Source of the DNA: Centroscyllium fabricii
Taxonomy: Eukaryota
Assembly: GCA_051313645.2 (NCBI GenBank)
Contig: JBNRSN020000029.1
Coordinates: 19,840,001 to 19,904,000 of the forward strand
DNA: 64,000 nucleotides
Reading direction: 5' to 3'
Part shown: positions 22,846-36,300 of the stretch, one piece after another
Numbering within the stretch: the stretch's first letter is position 1
How the letters are laid out: the number at the start of each line of letters is the position of its first letter
The notes under the pieces: model-generated
The model's input: only the letters and a program-made list of their open reading frames with translations
Told to the model about the DNA's origin: nothing
The model's database searches: none
Program-made: the position numbers and the translations under genes

Positions 22846-23596
22846 GTGCCAGAAATTAGGTTTGGAGGCTGCACGCGTGTGCAAGCCTCCAAAGTGTACT
22901 TACAGAGCGCCCCTGCATTTTTGGATATCACTTACCTGAAATTCCGATCCTCTGGTGTGCTGAGAGGGCCCCGCACCGCGCTGGTGTACCTGAAGTCCAA
23001 AGATAGATCGAGGCTTCCCGTGGGATCAGGTGGTTCGCAGAAAGCCAAAGAATGCTCCATTCATAAGTTTGACAGAAAGACCTGTCAAACTTATGAAATA
23101 CTAGAGTCCCAAAACCACACTAAACCTTAGAATAAATGTTTAAAAAATCACATTTTTTAGCATTACTATCAACAACGTAAATTAGACATTTTAAACAAAA
23201 ATAAATATTTTGAAAAAATATTTAAAGATTTTAACGGGCCTAACAACCAACGTACCTGTCTTTAACGTTCTTAAACATGAAAAGCCTGAGAATAAAATTC
23301 TTAATTTGAATAAATTAAAGACTTATTTGATTAAATCAATTCCTTGCGCTTGAAAATAACAGCCAGAAACATTTGCAATACTTATTCTGATACAATCGTG
23401 TGAAAAATTCGTAAGTGCACTGTGCACCTACTGCTGCGCAGGCCAACGTGCTGTGGCTCCTGATTCCTTCAAGCCCTTGACCGAAATTGCCAATTTCACG
23501 TGCATGCACAGTGTCTGCCAGAAACCGACAATTCCGAGGGGCCCACGCCTGAGTACACTGTCCGCACTCATGCATTGGGCCACTAATTTCTGGGTC
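22846..23596 (+). mobile_element. MITE-like family A copy 3
   Basis: TIR GTGCCAGAAATTAG ... CTAATTTCTGGGTC, flanked by ATT/ATT (3-bp TSD); hairpins at 22861-22893 and 23060-23097. Confidence 0.8.
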
Positions 23597-23994
23597 ATTG
23601 ACATGCTGATCATACTGCTGATTTCGTTGCAATATTTCTGAAATCACACAGGGAACACAACTGCAATATCAGTGTTGTAATCGGGATATTTACACAATTA
23701 CTGTACATGATATATCGTTGCTGTCATTGTGATATTTACTCAGTTACTGTACCTGTGATAACAGTGTTGTATTTGTGTTATTCACTCAGAGAGTGTACCT
23801 CTGATAAAATGTAATTAACTCTCAAATTTATGCACAATCTGTAACGGTGATATCAGTTCTGTAATTCTGACATTTACTCAGTGACTGTGCCAGTGTGAGC
23901 AATACTGCAATTCTGATATTTACACATATACTGTACCTGTGATATCAGAGCAGTAATTTTGATATTTATATGCTGAATGTGCCTGGGATACTGT

Positions 23995-25600
23995 GAGATA
24001 ATTAAAAAAGTAGGACCACGAAGGCAGTAATCTCTAGATTGCTACCAGTGCCACGAGCTTATCAGAGTAGAGGGAGCAGGATAGCTAGATTAAACACGTG
24101 GCTTGAACAGTTGTGCAAGAGGGAGGGATTCAAATTCCTGAGCTATTGGAACCAGTTCTGTGGGAAGTGGGACCTGTAAAAATCGGACGGACTTTACTTG
24201 GGCAGGACTGGAACCGATGTCCTTGGGGTAACATTTGCTAACACAGTTCGGGAGGTTTTAAAATATTATGACAAGTGGATGGGAACCTATGCAGTGAAAC
24301 AGGTGGCAGTAATATGCAGCCTGATCAATGTGGTAGCAGGGTGAGAAGCAATAGGGGAAGCCGAGTAAACAAGGGCAGAAACACAGAGGGCCACACCAAA
24401 ACATACATCTAAAAGGACAACGGTTGTTAAGAAAGCAAGCCTGAAGGCTCTGTATCTTAATGCATGGTGTATCCGTAATAAGGTGGATGAAGTAACTGCG
24501 CAAGTAGATGTTAACAGATATGATGTGATTGGGATTACAGAGACGTCGCTCCAGAATGATCAGGGCTGGGAACTGAACATCAAGGGACATTCCACATTCA
24601 GGAAATATAGAAAAAAGGAAAAGGAGGTTGGGTAGTATTGCTGGTTAAAAAGGAGATTCATGCAATAGCTAGGAAGGACATTTTCTTGGAGGGTGTGGAA
24701 TCCATAGGGTGGAGCTGCAGAAGACCAAAGGACAGAAAACGTTTGTGGGAGTTGTGTACAGACCCCCAAACAGTAGTAGGGAGGTGGGGGAGGTTATCCA
24801 CTTTGGTGGTAAAAATAGTAAGACAGAATATTATCGGAATGGTGACAGATTAGGGAATGGGGAGGTGCAACGAAACCTGGGCATCATGGTACATCAGTCA
24901 CTGAAGGCAGAAATGCGGTTACAGCAGGCAGTTAAGAAAGCAAATGGCATGTCGGCCTTCATAGGGAGGGAATTTGAGTACAGGACTAAGGAGGTGTTTC
25001 TACAGTTGTACAGGGCCTTGGTAAGGCCACACTTGGAGTATTGTGTGCAGTTTTGGTCTCCTAACTTGAGGAAGGACATTCTTGCTATTGATGGAGTGCA
25101 GCAAAGTTTTATTAGATTGATTCCCGGGATGGACGGACTGACATATCAAGAAAGACTGGATCAACTTAACTTGTACGTTCTGGAGTTCAGAAAAATGAGG
25201 GGGATCACATAGAAACCATTTAAATACTGACGGGTTTAGACAGGTTAGATGCGGGCAGAATGTTCCCATTGTTGGGGAAGTCCAGAACCAGAGGGCACAG
25301 ACTAAGGCTAAATGGAAAGCCATTTAGGACCGAGATGAGGATACACTTCTTCACACAGAAAGTGGTGAACCTGTTGAATTCTCTACCACAGAAAGTTGTT
25401 GAGGCCAGTTCGATAAATATATTCCAAAGGGAGTTAGATGCAATATGTACAACTAGGGAGATCAAGAGATATGGCGAAAAACTAGGAATGGGGTACTGAT
25501 GTAGCATGTTCACCCATGAAAGTGTTGAATGGCGGTGCAGTCTCGAAGGGCCGAGTGGTGTACTACTGCACCAGTTTTCTATGTTTCTATGTTTCTATGT
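23995..25600 (+). mobile_element. CR1 LINE with a large internal deletion (ORF1 esterase part, APE start, RT C-terminus, 3' tail)
   Basis: Translation jumps from GVVYRPPNSSREVG (APE) to EVIHFGGKN (after RT) at ~24790; LVRPHLEYCVQFWSP; (TTTCTATG)n tail. Confidence 0.92.
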
Positions 25601-28600
25601 TGTATCAATACTGAAATTCTAATACTTGCACAGTGACTGTACCGGTGATGCCAGTGATGCAAATCTGATATTTACACATTGACTGTAAATGTGACATCAG
25701 AACTGATTTTCTGATATATACACACTAAATGTACCTGTAATATCAGTTCAGTTATTTTAACACTTTCACCCTGACTGTATCTGTGCAATCATTGCTTTGA
25801 GTGGGATATTTAAACAATTACTGTTCCTCTGATATCGCTGCTGTAATTCTGATATTTCCACACTGCCTATAACTGTGATGTCTGTGCTGTCATTCTGATA
25901 ATTACACAAAAGCAGTACCTGTGATAGCATATCTGTAATGCTGATATTTCCACACTGCCTGTACCTGTGATAGAACATCTGTAATGCTGATATTTCCACA
26001 CTGCCTGTACCTGTGATAGAACATCTGTAATGCTGATATTTCCACACTGCCTGTACCTGTGATGTCAGTGCTATAAATCTGAATTTAAATACTGACTGTA
26101 GCTGTGATCTCAATGCTGCAATTCAGATATTCACACACTGACTGTATGTATGGTTTCGGTGCTGCTATTCTAATAATTACACCCTGACTGTGTCTGTGAA
26201 ATCATTGATTTTAATGTGATAATTGCACAGTTACTGCACCTGTGATATCCGTGCTGCAATTATGATGTTTGCACAGTGATTGTACTTGTGAAATCAGCGC
26301 TGAACATCTGTTCTTGAGACACTGAATCTACATTTGATGTCAATGATAATAATCTGATATTCACAGTTATTTTTTGCTGATATATTTGCTGTAATTCTGA
26401 TATGTCCACAATTTCTGTAACTGTGATATCAGTGGTGCAATTCCGATTAATACACAGCGACTTTACCAGTGATATCCGTTCTGTAATTCTGTTAATTACA
26501 GGAAGGCCATACATGGGATATAAATGCTGAAATGCTGGTATTGACAGAATAAATATACCAGTGGTATCACTGCTGCAATTCGGAAATGTACACATTCACA
26601 TTAGCTATGATATCAGTGCTATAATCTGATATCCACACACTGATTATACCTGTGATATCAGAGCTGTAATTGCGAAATTGAAACAGTGACTGTACTGTGA
26701 AAACAGTGCTGTAATTCTGAAATACTCAAACTGTCTGTATCTGTGATATCAGACCTGTACTTTTGATATTCACACACTGACAGTACATGTGATATCAGTG
26801 ATGTAATTTTGATATTTGCAATGGCTCTACCGGAAAAATCAGGACTTTAATTCTGATAGCTATATAGTCATTATAACTATGATATCCGTACTATATGTTT
26901 GGTATTTACACGGAAAATAAAGCTGTGATATCGGTGCTGTAATTCTGCTAATTGCATTGACTGTAACTCAGTGCTTTAATTATGATATTCACATATTGAT
27001 TTTACCTCTCGTATCAGTACTGTAATCCTGATCTACACACATTAGTGCATCTGTAATATCGGTGCTGTAATTCTGATATTGATACACTGAATTTACCTGT
27101 GATATGAGTGCTGAAATTGTGATATTCAAACATTGACTGTTCCTGTGGTATCCTTGCTGTAGCTGTGATATTCTCAGAGTGACGGTAACTGCAATATCTG
27201 TGCAGTAATGTTGGTACTCGTACACTAACTGTACCATTGATATTGTTGATAAAATTATGTTACTCACACGCTCAATGCACCCGCGGTACAATTGCTGCAA
27301 ATCTGATAATCACTATTTCACTGTACATGTGAAGTCAGCTCTGCAATTCTGATATTAAGACGCTGAGGGTATCTGTCACATCAATGCTTTTAATCTGACA
27401 TTTATAAAGTGAATACATCTGATATATCGCTGCTGTAATTCTTATATTTCCATGCTGACTGTAACTATGACAGCCAGATGCTAATTCCGAAATATATACA
27501 CAGAATTTCGCTGTGATATCAGTGCTGTAAATCAGGTAATCACAGTGATGGTCCCTGCGTTATCGCTGCTGTCATTCTGATATCCAAAAATGAATGTATC
27601 TGTGATATCAGAGCTTTAATTAGGATGTCCACACAGTAAATGTATTATTAGTGTTGTAATGCTGATATTAGCACACCAGCGATATCAGTATATTAATTCT
27701 GATATTGACATATTGTCTGTACCTGTGAAGTCAGTGCTTTAATTCTGAAATTTGCATAGTGGTTGTACCCGTGATATCAGTGCTGTAGTTTTGATATTTC
27801 CAAATTGAATCTCACTGTGATATGAGATCTGCAATTCTGATATTTAAACAGCGGCTGTTCCTGTGATGTCTGTGCAGTAATTCTGATATTTAAAAACTGA
27901 CTTTAACTGTGATATCGATGCTGTAATTGAAATAATTACACACTGACTGTGTCGATGAAATAATTGGTTTCAGCGTGATATTTGCATAATTATTGTGCCA
28001 TTGATATCGGTGCTGCAATTCTGATATATACACAGAGATTGTACTTGTGAAATCAGCGCTGTAGATATGATACTCCGACACTGATTGTAACTCTGATATC
28101 AGCGCCGACATCCTGATATTTCCACGGTTATTTACTTCTGATATCCTTGATATAATTCGGATATATCGACACTGATTGGAACTGTGATATCGGTGTTGCA
28201 GTTCTAATATCTGCACAGTGGCTGTACCTGTGATAACTGTGATTTAATTCTGATTCTCACAGAATAAATGTACCTGTGATATCAGAGATGCAATGCTGAT
28301 GTTTACTGCGGTAATGTACCCCTGATATCACTGCTGTAATTCGGAAATTTACAGATTTAGTTTAGCTGTGATATCTGTGGTGTAATTCTGATATTCAGGC
28401 ACTGAGTTTAATGTGATATCAGAGCTGAAATTTCGAAATTAGCAAAGTTCATGTACGTGTAATAGCTATGACGTATTGCTGATATTTACACAACAACTCT
28501 TAATATAATACCAGTATAATAATTCTGATATTCATACGTTGACTGTATCTGTAAAGTCATTGTGCTAATTATAATATACTCACACTGATTTTATCCGGAA

Positions 28601-31600
28601 TATCAGAGATTACATTCTGATAGTCACTCAGAGATTGTACCTCTGATAAAACTTATTTGATTCGGATATATGTACACTGCATATAACGCTGATATCAGTG
28701 ATGTAATACTGATATTAACACACTGCCTAACTGTGATATCGGTGCTGTAATTTTTTAATACACCCTGACTGTGTCTGTGGAATCATTGTTTTAAATATAA
28801 TATTTGCACAGTGACTGCACCCATGTTATAAGTGCTGTAATTCTGATATTTACACACTGACTGTATCTGTGATATTGGTGCAGTAATTATTTTACTAACT
28901 CCCTAATTGTGTCTGTGGAATCAATGCTTTAAATGTGATATTAGCGCAGTGATTGTGCCTGTGCTATCAGGGCTGTAATTTTGATAATTTCACACTGAAT
29001 GTACCTGCGGAATCAGTGCAGCAAGTACGAGATACTCACACTGACTGTATCAGGGATATCCGAGATGTACTTCGGATATTTGTACACTGAATGGACATTT
29101 GATATCATTGATGTAATTCAAATATTTACAATGACGGAAGCGGTGATATCGTTGCTGCAATTCCGTTACTTACATTGGCTTTACCTCAGTGCTATATTTC
29201 TCATAGTCACACAGTGATTTTACCAGTCATTTAAATGCTGTAATGCTGATTTTCGCACATTGTTGCAAGTGCGATATCCGTGCTATAATTCCAATATTAA
29301 GACACATAATTTACCTGTGATATCAGTGCTGTAATGCTGATATTTACACACTCACTGCACCTGTGATATTAGTGCTATAATTCTCATAATCACATACTAA
29401 CTGTGCAAGTGATATAACTGCTGTAATTCTGATATTCACTTATTAACTGTACATGTGAAATCAGCTCTGTTATTCTGACATCGAGACAAAGAGTGAACCT
29501 ATGAAAGCACTGTTGTTAATCTCTTAATACACTTGACATTTCCTGAGATATCGCTGCTGTAAATTTGAAATTTCAACGCAGACTGTAACTGTTATAAACC
29601 TGCTCTAATTCAAAACTTGCACACTGACTGGAGCTGAGATATGAATGGTGTCATTCTGATATTTATATTCTTACTTTACCTTTGATATCGTTGCTTTAAT
29701 CTGATATTTACAGTGACTGTACCTGTGATGTCATGCTGTAATTATGGTATGTATACAGTGAATGTGCTTGTGATATTGATGTTCGCATTCTGATATTTCC
29801 ACATTGAATGCAGCTGTGGTAGTAGTGCTGTAAATCCGATATTCACACGGTTACTATACCTGCGATGTCAGTGCATTGATTCTGATATTTACTCAACGAC
29901 TGGATCTATGATATCGGTGCTGTAATTAAAATACTCACCCGCTGACTTTGCATGTGTTATCATTGCTTCAAATGTTATATCTGCACAGTGTCTTTACCTG
30001 TGATATCGGTAGCTGCAATTCTGATATTTACGCAGTGACTGTACGTGTGCAATCAGCGCTGTAGATCTGATGTTATGAACTGCGTGTACCTGTGATATGA
30101 GTGCTGTAATTCTGAGATAACCACATTGAATATAACTGTGATATCACCGCTGTAATTCTGATAAAGGCAAGTTGACTGTACTAGTGATTTCTGTACATTA
30201 ATTCCGATAATAACAGAATAACTGCACCTGTGACATCAGTGCTGTAAAACTGATATTTACACACTGAGTGTACCTGTGATATCAGAGCTGTAATTACGAA
30301 ATTAACACAGTGACAGTAATTATAAGAGTGCTATAATGCTGATATAGTTACACCAACTATTCCTGTGATTTCATTTGCTTATGTTAGATATACACACGTT
30401 AACTGCACCTGTGAAGTCAGTACTGTAATTCTGAGATACTCATATAGTTAGTATCTGCGATATCAGAGCTGTTATTCTGCTTTCACACACTGGCTCCTCA
30501 TATGATATCAGTGATGTAATTCTGATATTTACAATGACTGTACCGGTGATATCTGTGCAGCTATTCTGATACCTGCACAGTCATTATAACTCTGATATCG
30601 ATGATATATGCCGGATAGTTACACATGAACTGTGCCTGTCATATCTGTGCTGTAATTCTGTTATTTATGTGTCCTGTACTTCAGTGATATTACTCTGATA
30701 TTCACACAGCGAATTTAACTGTGATATCAGTGCTGTAATCCTGATTTTCGCATATCGTTGTATCAGTGATATCGGTGCAGCAATTCCGAAATTCAACACG
30801 GAATATACATTTGATATCAGTGCTGTAATTCTGATATTCAAACATTGCCTGTACATGCGATATCAGTGCCGTAATCATTATACTAACACAGTGACTGTAC
30901 TTGTGATCTCAGTTCTGTAATTCTGATCTTTACAGTGTGACTGTAACCTGTGATATCTGTGCTGTAACACTGACATATCGGCAGTGACTATACCTGTGAT
31001 AACTGTGCAGTAATGCTGGTATTTAGACAATAAGTATACTTGTGATGTCGTATATTTAATTCAGATATTGACACACAGTGACTTCAGCAGTGATGCCTGA
31101 GCCGTAATTCTGATATTCACGTAGCGAATATAAATGTGATAACAGTGCTTTAATTCTGATAAACATAGAGTTGCAGTGCCTCTGAAATCATTGCTTTGTC
31201 TCTGGTATTCACACACTGAACATACCATTGCTATGAGTGCTGTAATTCTTATGTTTGTGCCCTGAACGTACCGCTGATATCGGTGCTGTAATTATGAAAT
31301 AACAAGCGACTCAACAGTGACATCAGTGCTGTTATTCTGATAGTTACAATGACGGTTATAGTGATATGATTGCTGCCATACTGACATTTATAGGACTGTT
31401 AATTTGATATATTTTCTGTGATTCTTATATTTACACATTGACCGTATCTGTGATATTTGTTCCATAATTCTGACATTGACACATCGACTGCACCTGTGAT
31501 TTCAGTGCTTTAATTCTGATCTTTACTCACTGAATGTACCTGTGAAGGCAGTGCTGTAAACTATTATTCACACACTCTCTCTTCCTGTGATATGAGTGCT

Positions 31601-31800
31601 GTAAATCTGATATTTACAAAGTGAACTTGTCTGTGACATCTGTGCTGCAATTCTGATTATAACACATTGACTGTTCCTGTGATATCAGTCTTATAAATCT
31701 GATGTTTATTCAGTGACAGTACCTGTGGTATCAGTGCTGTAATCTGATATTCGCACAATCTCTGAACTTTTGAAATCATTGCTGGATTTCTGATATTTTC

Positions 31801-33385
31801 AAAATAACAACAGAAAACGCTGTAGAATCTCAGCAGGCCAGGCAAGATCGGTGGAGAGAGAAACAGAGTTGACGTTTCAAGTCGATGATCTTTCTTCAGA
31901 ACTGCAGAAGCTAGGACTGGGTAGATTTTAAAGCTTACGGGGACTGGGGAAAGGGGGAGGGATGTTGAAAGAACAAAGGGGAAGTCAGCAACAGGCTAGA
32001 CGGCGGGGAAGGTAAGAGATATTAGGTGAAATTGAAGGAAAACAGAATGGCTCTGAACAGGTGTGAACAGCTGTAGCCGATTAAAGAAAAAAGTAAATAG
32101 AAGAATAAAGCCTAGACGAAAGTGTGGGTTGAAACATGATAGAAAATATATATATGTAAAAAAGTGTGGTAGAGGCCGAGGTTATGATCCAAAATTGTTG
32201 AACTCTATTTTTACTCCAGCGGGCTGTACAGTGCCTAAAAGAAAGACAAGGTGCTGTTCCTCGAGTTTACGCTGGGCTTCCGTGGAACAATGCGAAATGC
32301 CACAGACAGTGAGCTCTGAATGGCAGTGTAGTGGAGAATTAAAGTGACAGGCCACCGGCAGCTCACAGTCCCCATTAAAGACTGAGCAGAGGTGGTCCGA
32401 AAAGCCGACACCAAATCTGAGTTTGGTCTCTCCAATATTGAGGAGACCACATCATGAGCAGCGAATAGAGTATAATAATTTGGAGGAAGTACAAGTAAAT
32501 CGCTGTTTCGCCTGGAAGGTGTATTTGGGGCCCTGGACTGTGGGAACCGGGGAAGTAAATGCGCATGTGCTACATTTCCTGCGCTTGCATGGGAAGGTGC
32601 CGGGAAAGTGAAAGCGCTGCTCGAGGTGGTAGAGGAGTAGACCATGGTTTTGCGGAGGGTGCAGTCCCTATGGAATGCAGAAAGGGAAGGTGATGGGAAG
32701 ATGCATTTGGTGGTGGGATCACACTGGAGGTGGCGTAAATAGCGGAGCATGATCCATTAAATGTGGAGGCTGGTGCGGTGATAGGTGAGGACAAGGGGAA
32801 CTCTCGCGTGGTTCCGGGAGGGAGGGGCAAACGTGAGGGCTGAAGGGCACGATACAGAACTACATGGTCGAAGGTTGTGTCTGCCACAGTGGAGGGGAAT
32901 CTTCAGTTGAGGATAAAGGAAGACAAGTCGGAAGCACTTGTATGGAATGTGGCATCGTCAGTGCAGGTCTGGCGTAGATGGAGAATCTTGTATAATGGAA
33001 TAGACTCATTACAGGAGGCGGAGTATAAGGATGTGTATTCAAGGTACCTTTAGGGGTGAGTGGGCTTGAAGGGAATGTTGGTCAATAACCTATCCCCAGA
33101 GATGGAGGCGGAGGAGTCGAGGAAGGGAAGGGAATAATCGCAGATGGACCATGTGAAGGTGAGGGAAGGATGGAAGTTGGAAGCAAAGTGAATTAAATCT
33201 TCTAGTACAGGGCGAAAGCAGGAAGCGGAACCGATACAGTAATCAATGTACCGGGAAAAGAGCTGAGGGAATGGACCCGAGTAGAACCGGAGCAAAATCT
33301 GTGCCACATATCACATGAAAACGCAGGAATAGCTAGGAACTATACGGGTACCCATAACAACACCTTTGTTTTGGAGAAAATGCAG
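31801..33385 (-). mobile_element. Penelope-like element, truncated and frameshifted (RT C-terminal part plus GIY-YIG endonuclease)
   Basis: GVVMGTRI.P and FSRYIDYCIG RT motifs; FTCTSSKLLYSIRCS..GLLNIGETK GIY-YIG-like motif; terminal region with a hammerhead core. Confidence 0.88.
31867..31903 (-). ncRNA. Minimal type I hammerhead ribozyme motif in the Penelope-like terminal repeat
   Basis: Minus strand reads AGTT-CTGAAGA-AAG atcatcga CTT-GAAA-CG-TC-AACT: intact CUGANGA and GAAA cores, stem I AGTT/AACT, stem II AAG/CTT, palindromic ACGT stem III, GUC cleavage site. Confidence 0.75.
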
Positions 33386-36300
33386 GTAATATAACACTGA
33401 CTGCAGTTTTGGTAACAATGCTTAATACTGATAGTGTGCAGTTACCCTAAATGTGATATTAATTCTGTCATTCTGATATTCACACAGTGACGGCACCTGT
33501 GATTTTAGTGCTGTAGTTGGGGAAAATTATGTAATGGCGTAGCTGTGATATCGGCCCTGTAATTATGATATGTGCTGCGATGAATCTGTGATATCAGTGC
33601 AGCAATTCTTATATGTACATGGTGACTGTATCTCCGATACCATTGATTTAATTCTGATATTTACATGAATATTAACTGTGAGATCAGTGCTGTATTGCTG
33701 ATGTTTACATACTTTCTTTACCTGTTGTATAAGTCCTGTTATTTTGATATTTGCACACTGACTGTACCTGTGATATTAAAACTGTTTTTCTCATATTTAT
33801 TCAGTCACGTTTCCTGTCATATCAGTGCTAATTCTGATATTCACACAATTACGGTACCTGTAATATCAATTATGTAATTCTAATATTAATGTAGTTACTT
33901 TATCTGATATATCAGTGGTATAATGTTGATATTTACACAGTATCTTCAAGGTGATAGCAGGCCTGTTTCACACATATTTGCATGTTCGATATTTGTGATA
34001 TCGCTGCTGTAATTATGCCATTTAAACTGACGGTATCTGTGTTATTATATGTGATGAAATCCGAGATTTACACAGTTACTTTACCTGTGATATCAGTGTT
34101 GTAATTCAGATATATACAATGATGGTACCTGTGATATCAATGCTCTAATTCTGATATTTATGCACTGACTGTACCTCCGATATCGGTGCTGCAATTATGA
34201 AATGCAATTTGACATTTCTGTGACATCAGTGCATATAATCTGTTAATTACAATTAATATTACTGTGATATCGGTTGTGTAATACTGACAATTATGCAGGC
34301 TGTTAATCTGATATCGGCGCTGTAATATTTATATTTACACAGTGACCGTTTCTGCGATATCGGCGTTTTATTTTTATACTGAGAATTTGACTGCTCCTTT
34401 GATCTTAGTGCTGCAATCAGTTATTTACACGGTGACCGGATCTGTGATATCTGTGCTGTATTTCTGATATGGACACATAGATTGTAACTGTGACTTCAAT
34501 GCTGTAATTCTGATATTTACTTTGCGACTGTATCGAAGACATCAGTGCTGTAATTCTGCCATTTACCGTGAGACAGTACCTGTGATATCAGTGCTATAAT
34601 TCTGTTATTTACTCAGTGACTGTACCTGTGATCTCAGTGCTGTAATTCTGCTATTTACTCCGTGACTGTACCAGTGATATCAGTGATGTAGCTCCGAGAT
34701 TCAAATAGTGACAGTATCATTGATACCATTGAAGTTACTCTGATATTTACACCATGACTGTTCTGTGATTTTGGTGCTGTAATTGTGATATTTACAGTGA
34801 CTGTACCAATTATATCTGTGCTGATATTACTGACAATTAGACTATTCTCCTACTTGTGATATCGGAGATTTTATTTTGATATTTAAGCAGTGGCTTGAGC
34901 TGTGATATTCGGCCTGCATTTCTGAATTTCACGCAGGGAATATACTTGTGAGACAAGAGATTTAATTCTGACATTCATACAGTGAATGTGCCAGTGATAG
35001 CAGTGCATTACTTTCGATGTTCTCACGGAATTTTAAATGTGATATCAGTGCTATCATTCTGAAGTTTTTGCATTGAGCGTAGCTGTGATATCAGTGCTGT
35101 AACTATGATTTATACAGTGTCGTTTCACTGATATCAATGCTATTAATCTATTATGTACTGTGACTCTTACTGTGACTTCGGTGCTGTAATGCTGACATTT
35201 ACATGGACGGTTAATTCGATATCGTTGTTTTAATCATTATATTGACAAATTGTCTGCACCTATCCTCTCAGTTCCGTTATCTGATATTCACACCCTCTCT
35301 GTACCTGTGATATCAGTGCTGTAATTCTAATATTGACACATTTACTTTTTCTGTGATCGCAGAGCTGTAATGCTGATATTTACACACGCTGCGTCCCTGT
35401 AATATCGGTGCTGTAATGCTGTTATTTACTCAGTGACTCTACCTGTGATATCAGTGTTGTTACAATTCTGACATTTACCCTGTGACTGTACCTGTAATAA
35501 CAGTGCTGTAATGTGATATTTATTCTGTGAATGTAATTGTGATATCTGCACTGTTACTCCGATAATTACGCAATGATTGTACCTCTGCTTTCAGTGGTGT
35601 AATTATGATACTTACACAGTGAACGTACCTGTGATATCAGTGCTTTAATGTGATTATCACGTACTAACTGCACCTGTGTGATCATTGCTGTAATTATGAT
35701 ATTTACATACTGACTGCACCATTGATATCAAAGCTGTAATTATGAAAATGTACAGTGACCGTGCCTGTGATATCAAAGCTGTAATTCTGATATTCAAGCA
35801 GATACGTTATCTTTGACATAATTGCTGGAACTCTGATTTTTACACAATGACTGTAGCTGTGATATTGTTGCTGTAATTCTGATATTTACACAGTGACTGT
35901 ACCAATGATACCTGTGCTGCAATACTGATATTTAGACGTTGAGTATATCTGTGATAGCGCAGCTTTAATTCTGATATTTCACAGAGGGTTTAGCTGTGCT
36001 ATTAATGCTGTATTTCTGATAATCACGCAGGGAATATATCTGTGATTTCACAGCTTTATTTTTGAAATAAATATAATGAATGTGGCTGTGATAGAAGTGA
36101 TTTTATTGACATGTTCATACACTGATTGTACATGTGAAATCTGAGCTATAATTCTGAAATGTTTGCACAGAGCGTAGCTGTGACATCCGTGCTGCAGAGT
36201 GATGTTTCTGAGATATCAGTGCTGTTAATCTGTCATTTACAGAGACTTTTACTACTGTAATACTGATACTTATCCGAACTGTTACTTGGATATCGCTGCA

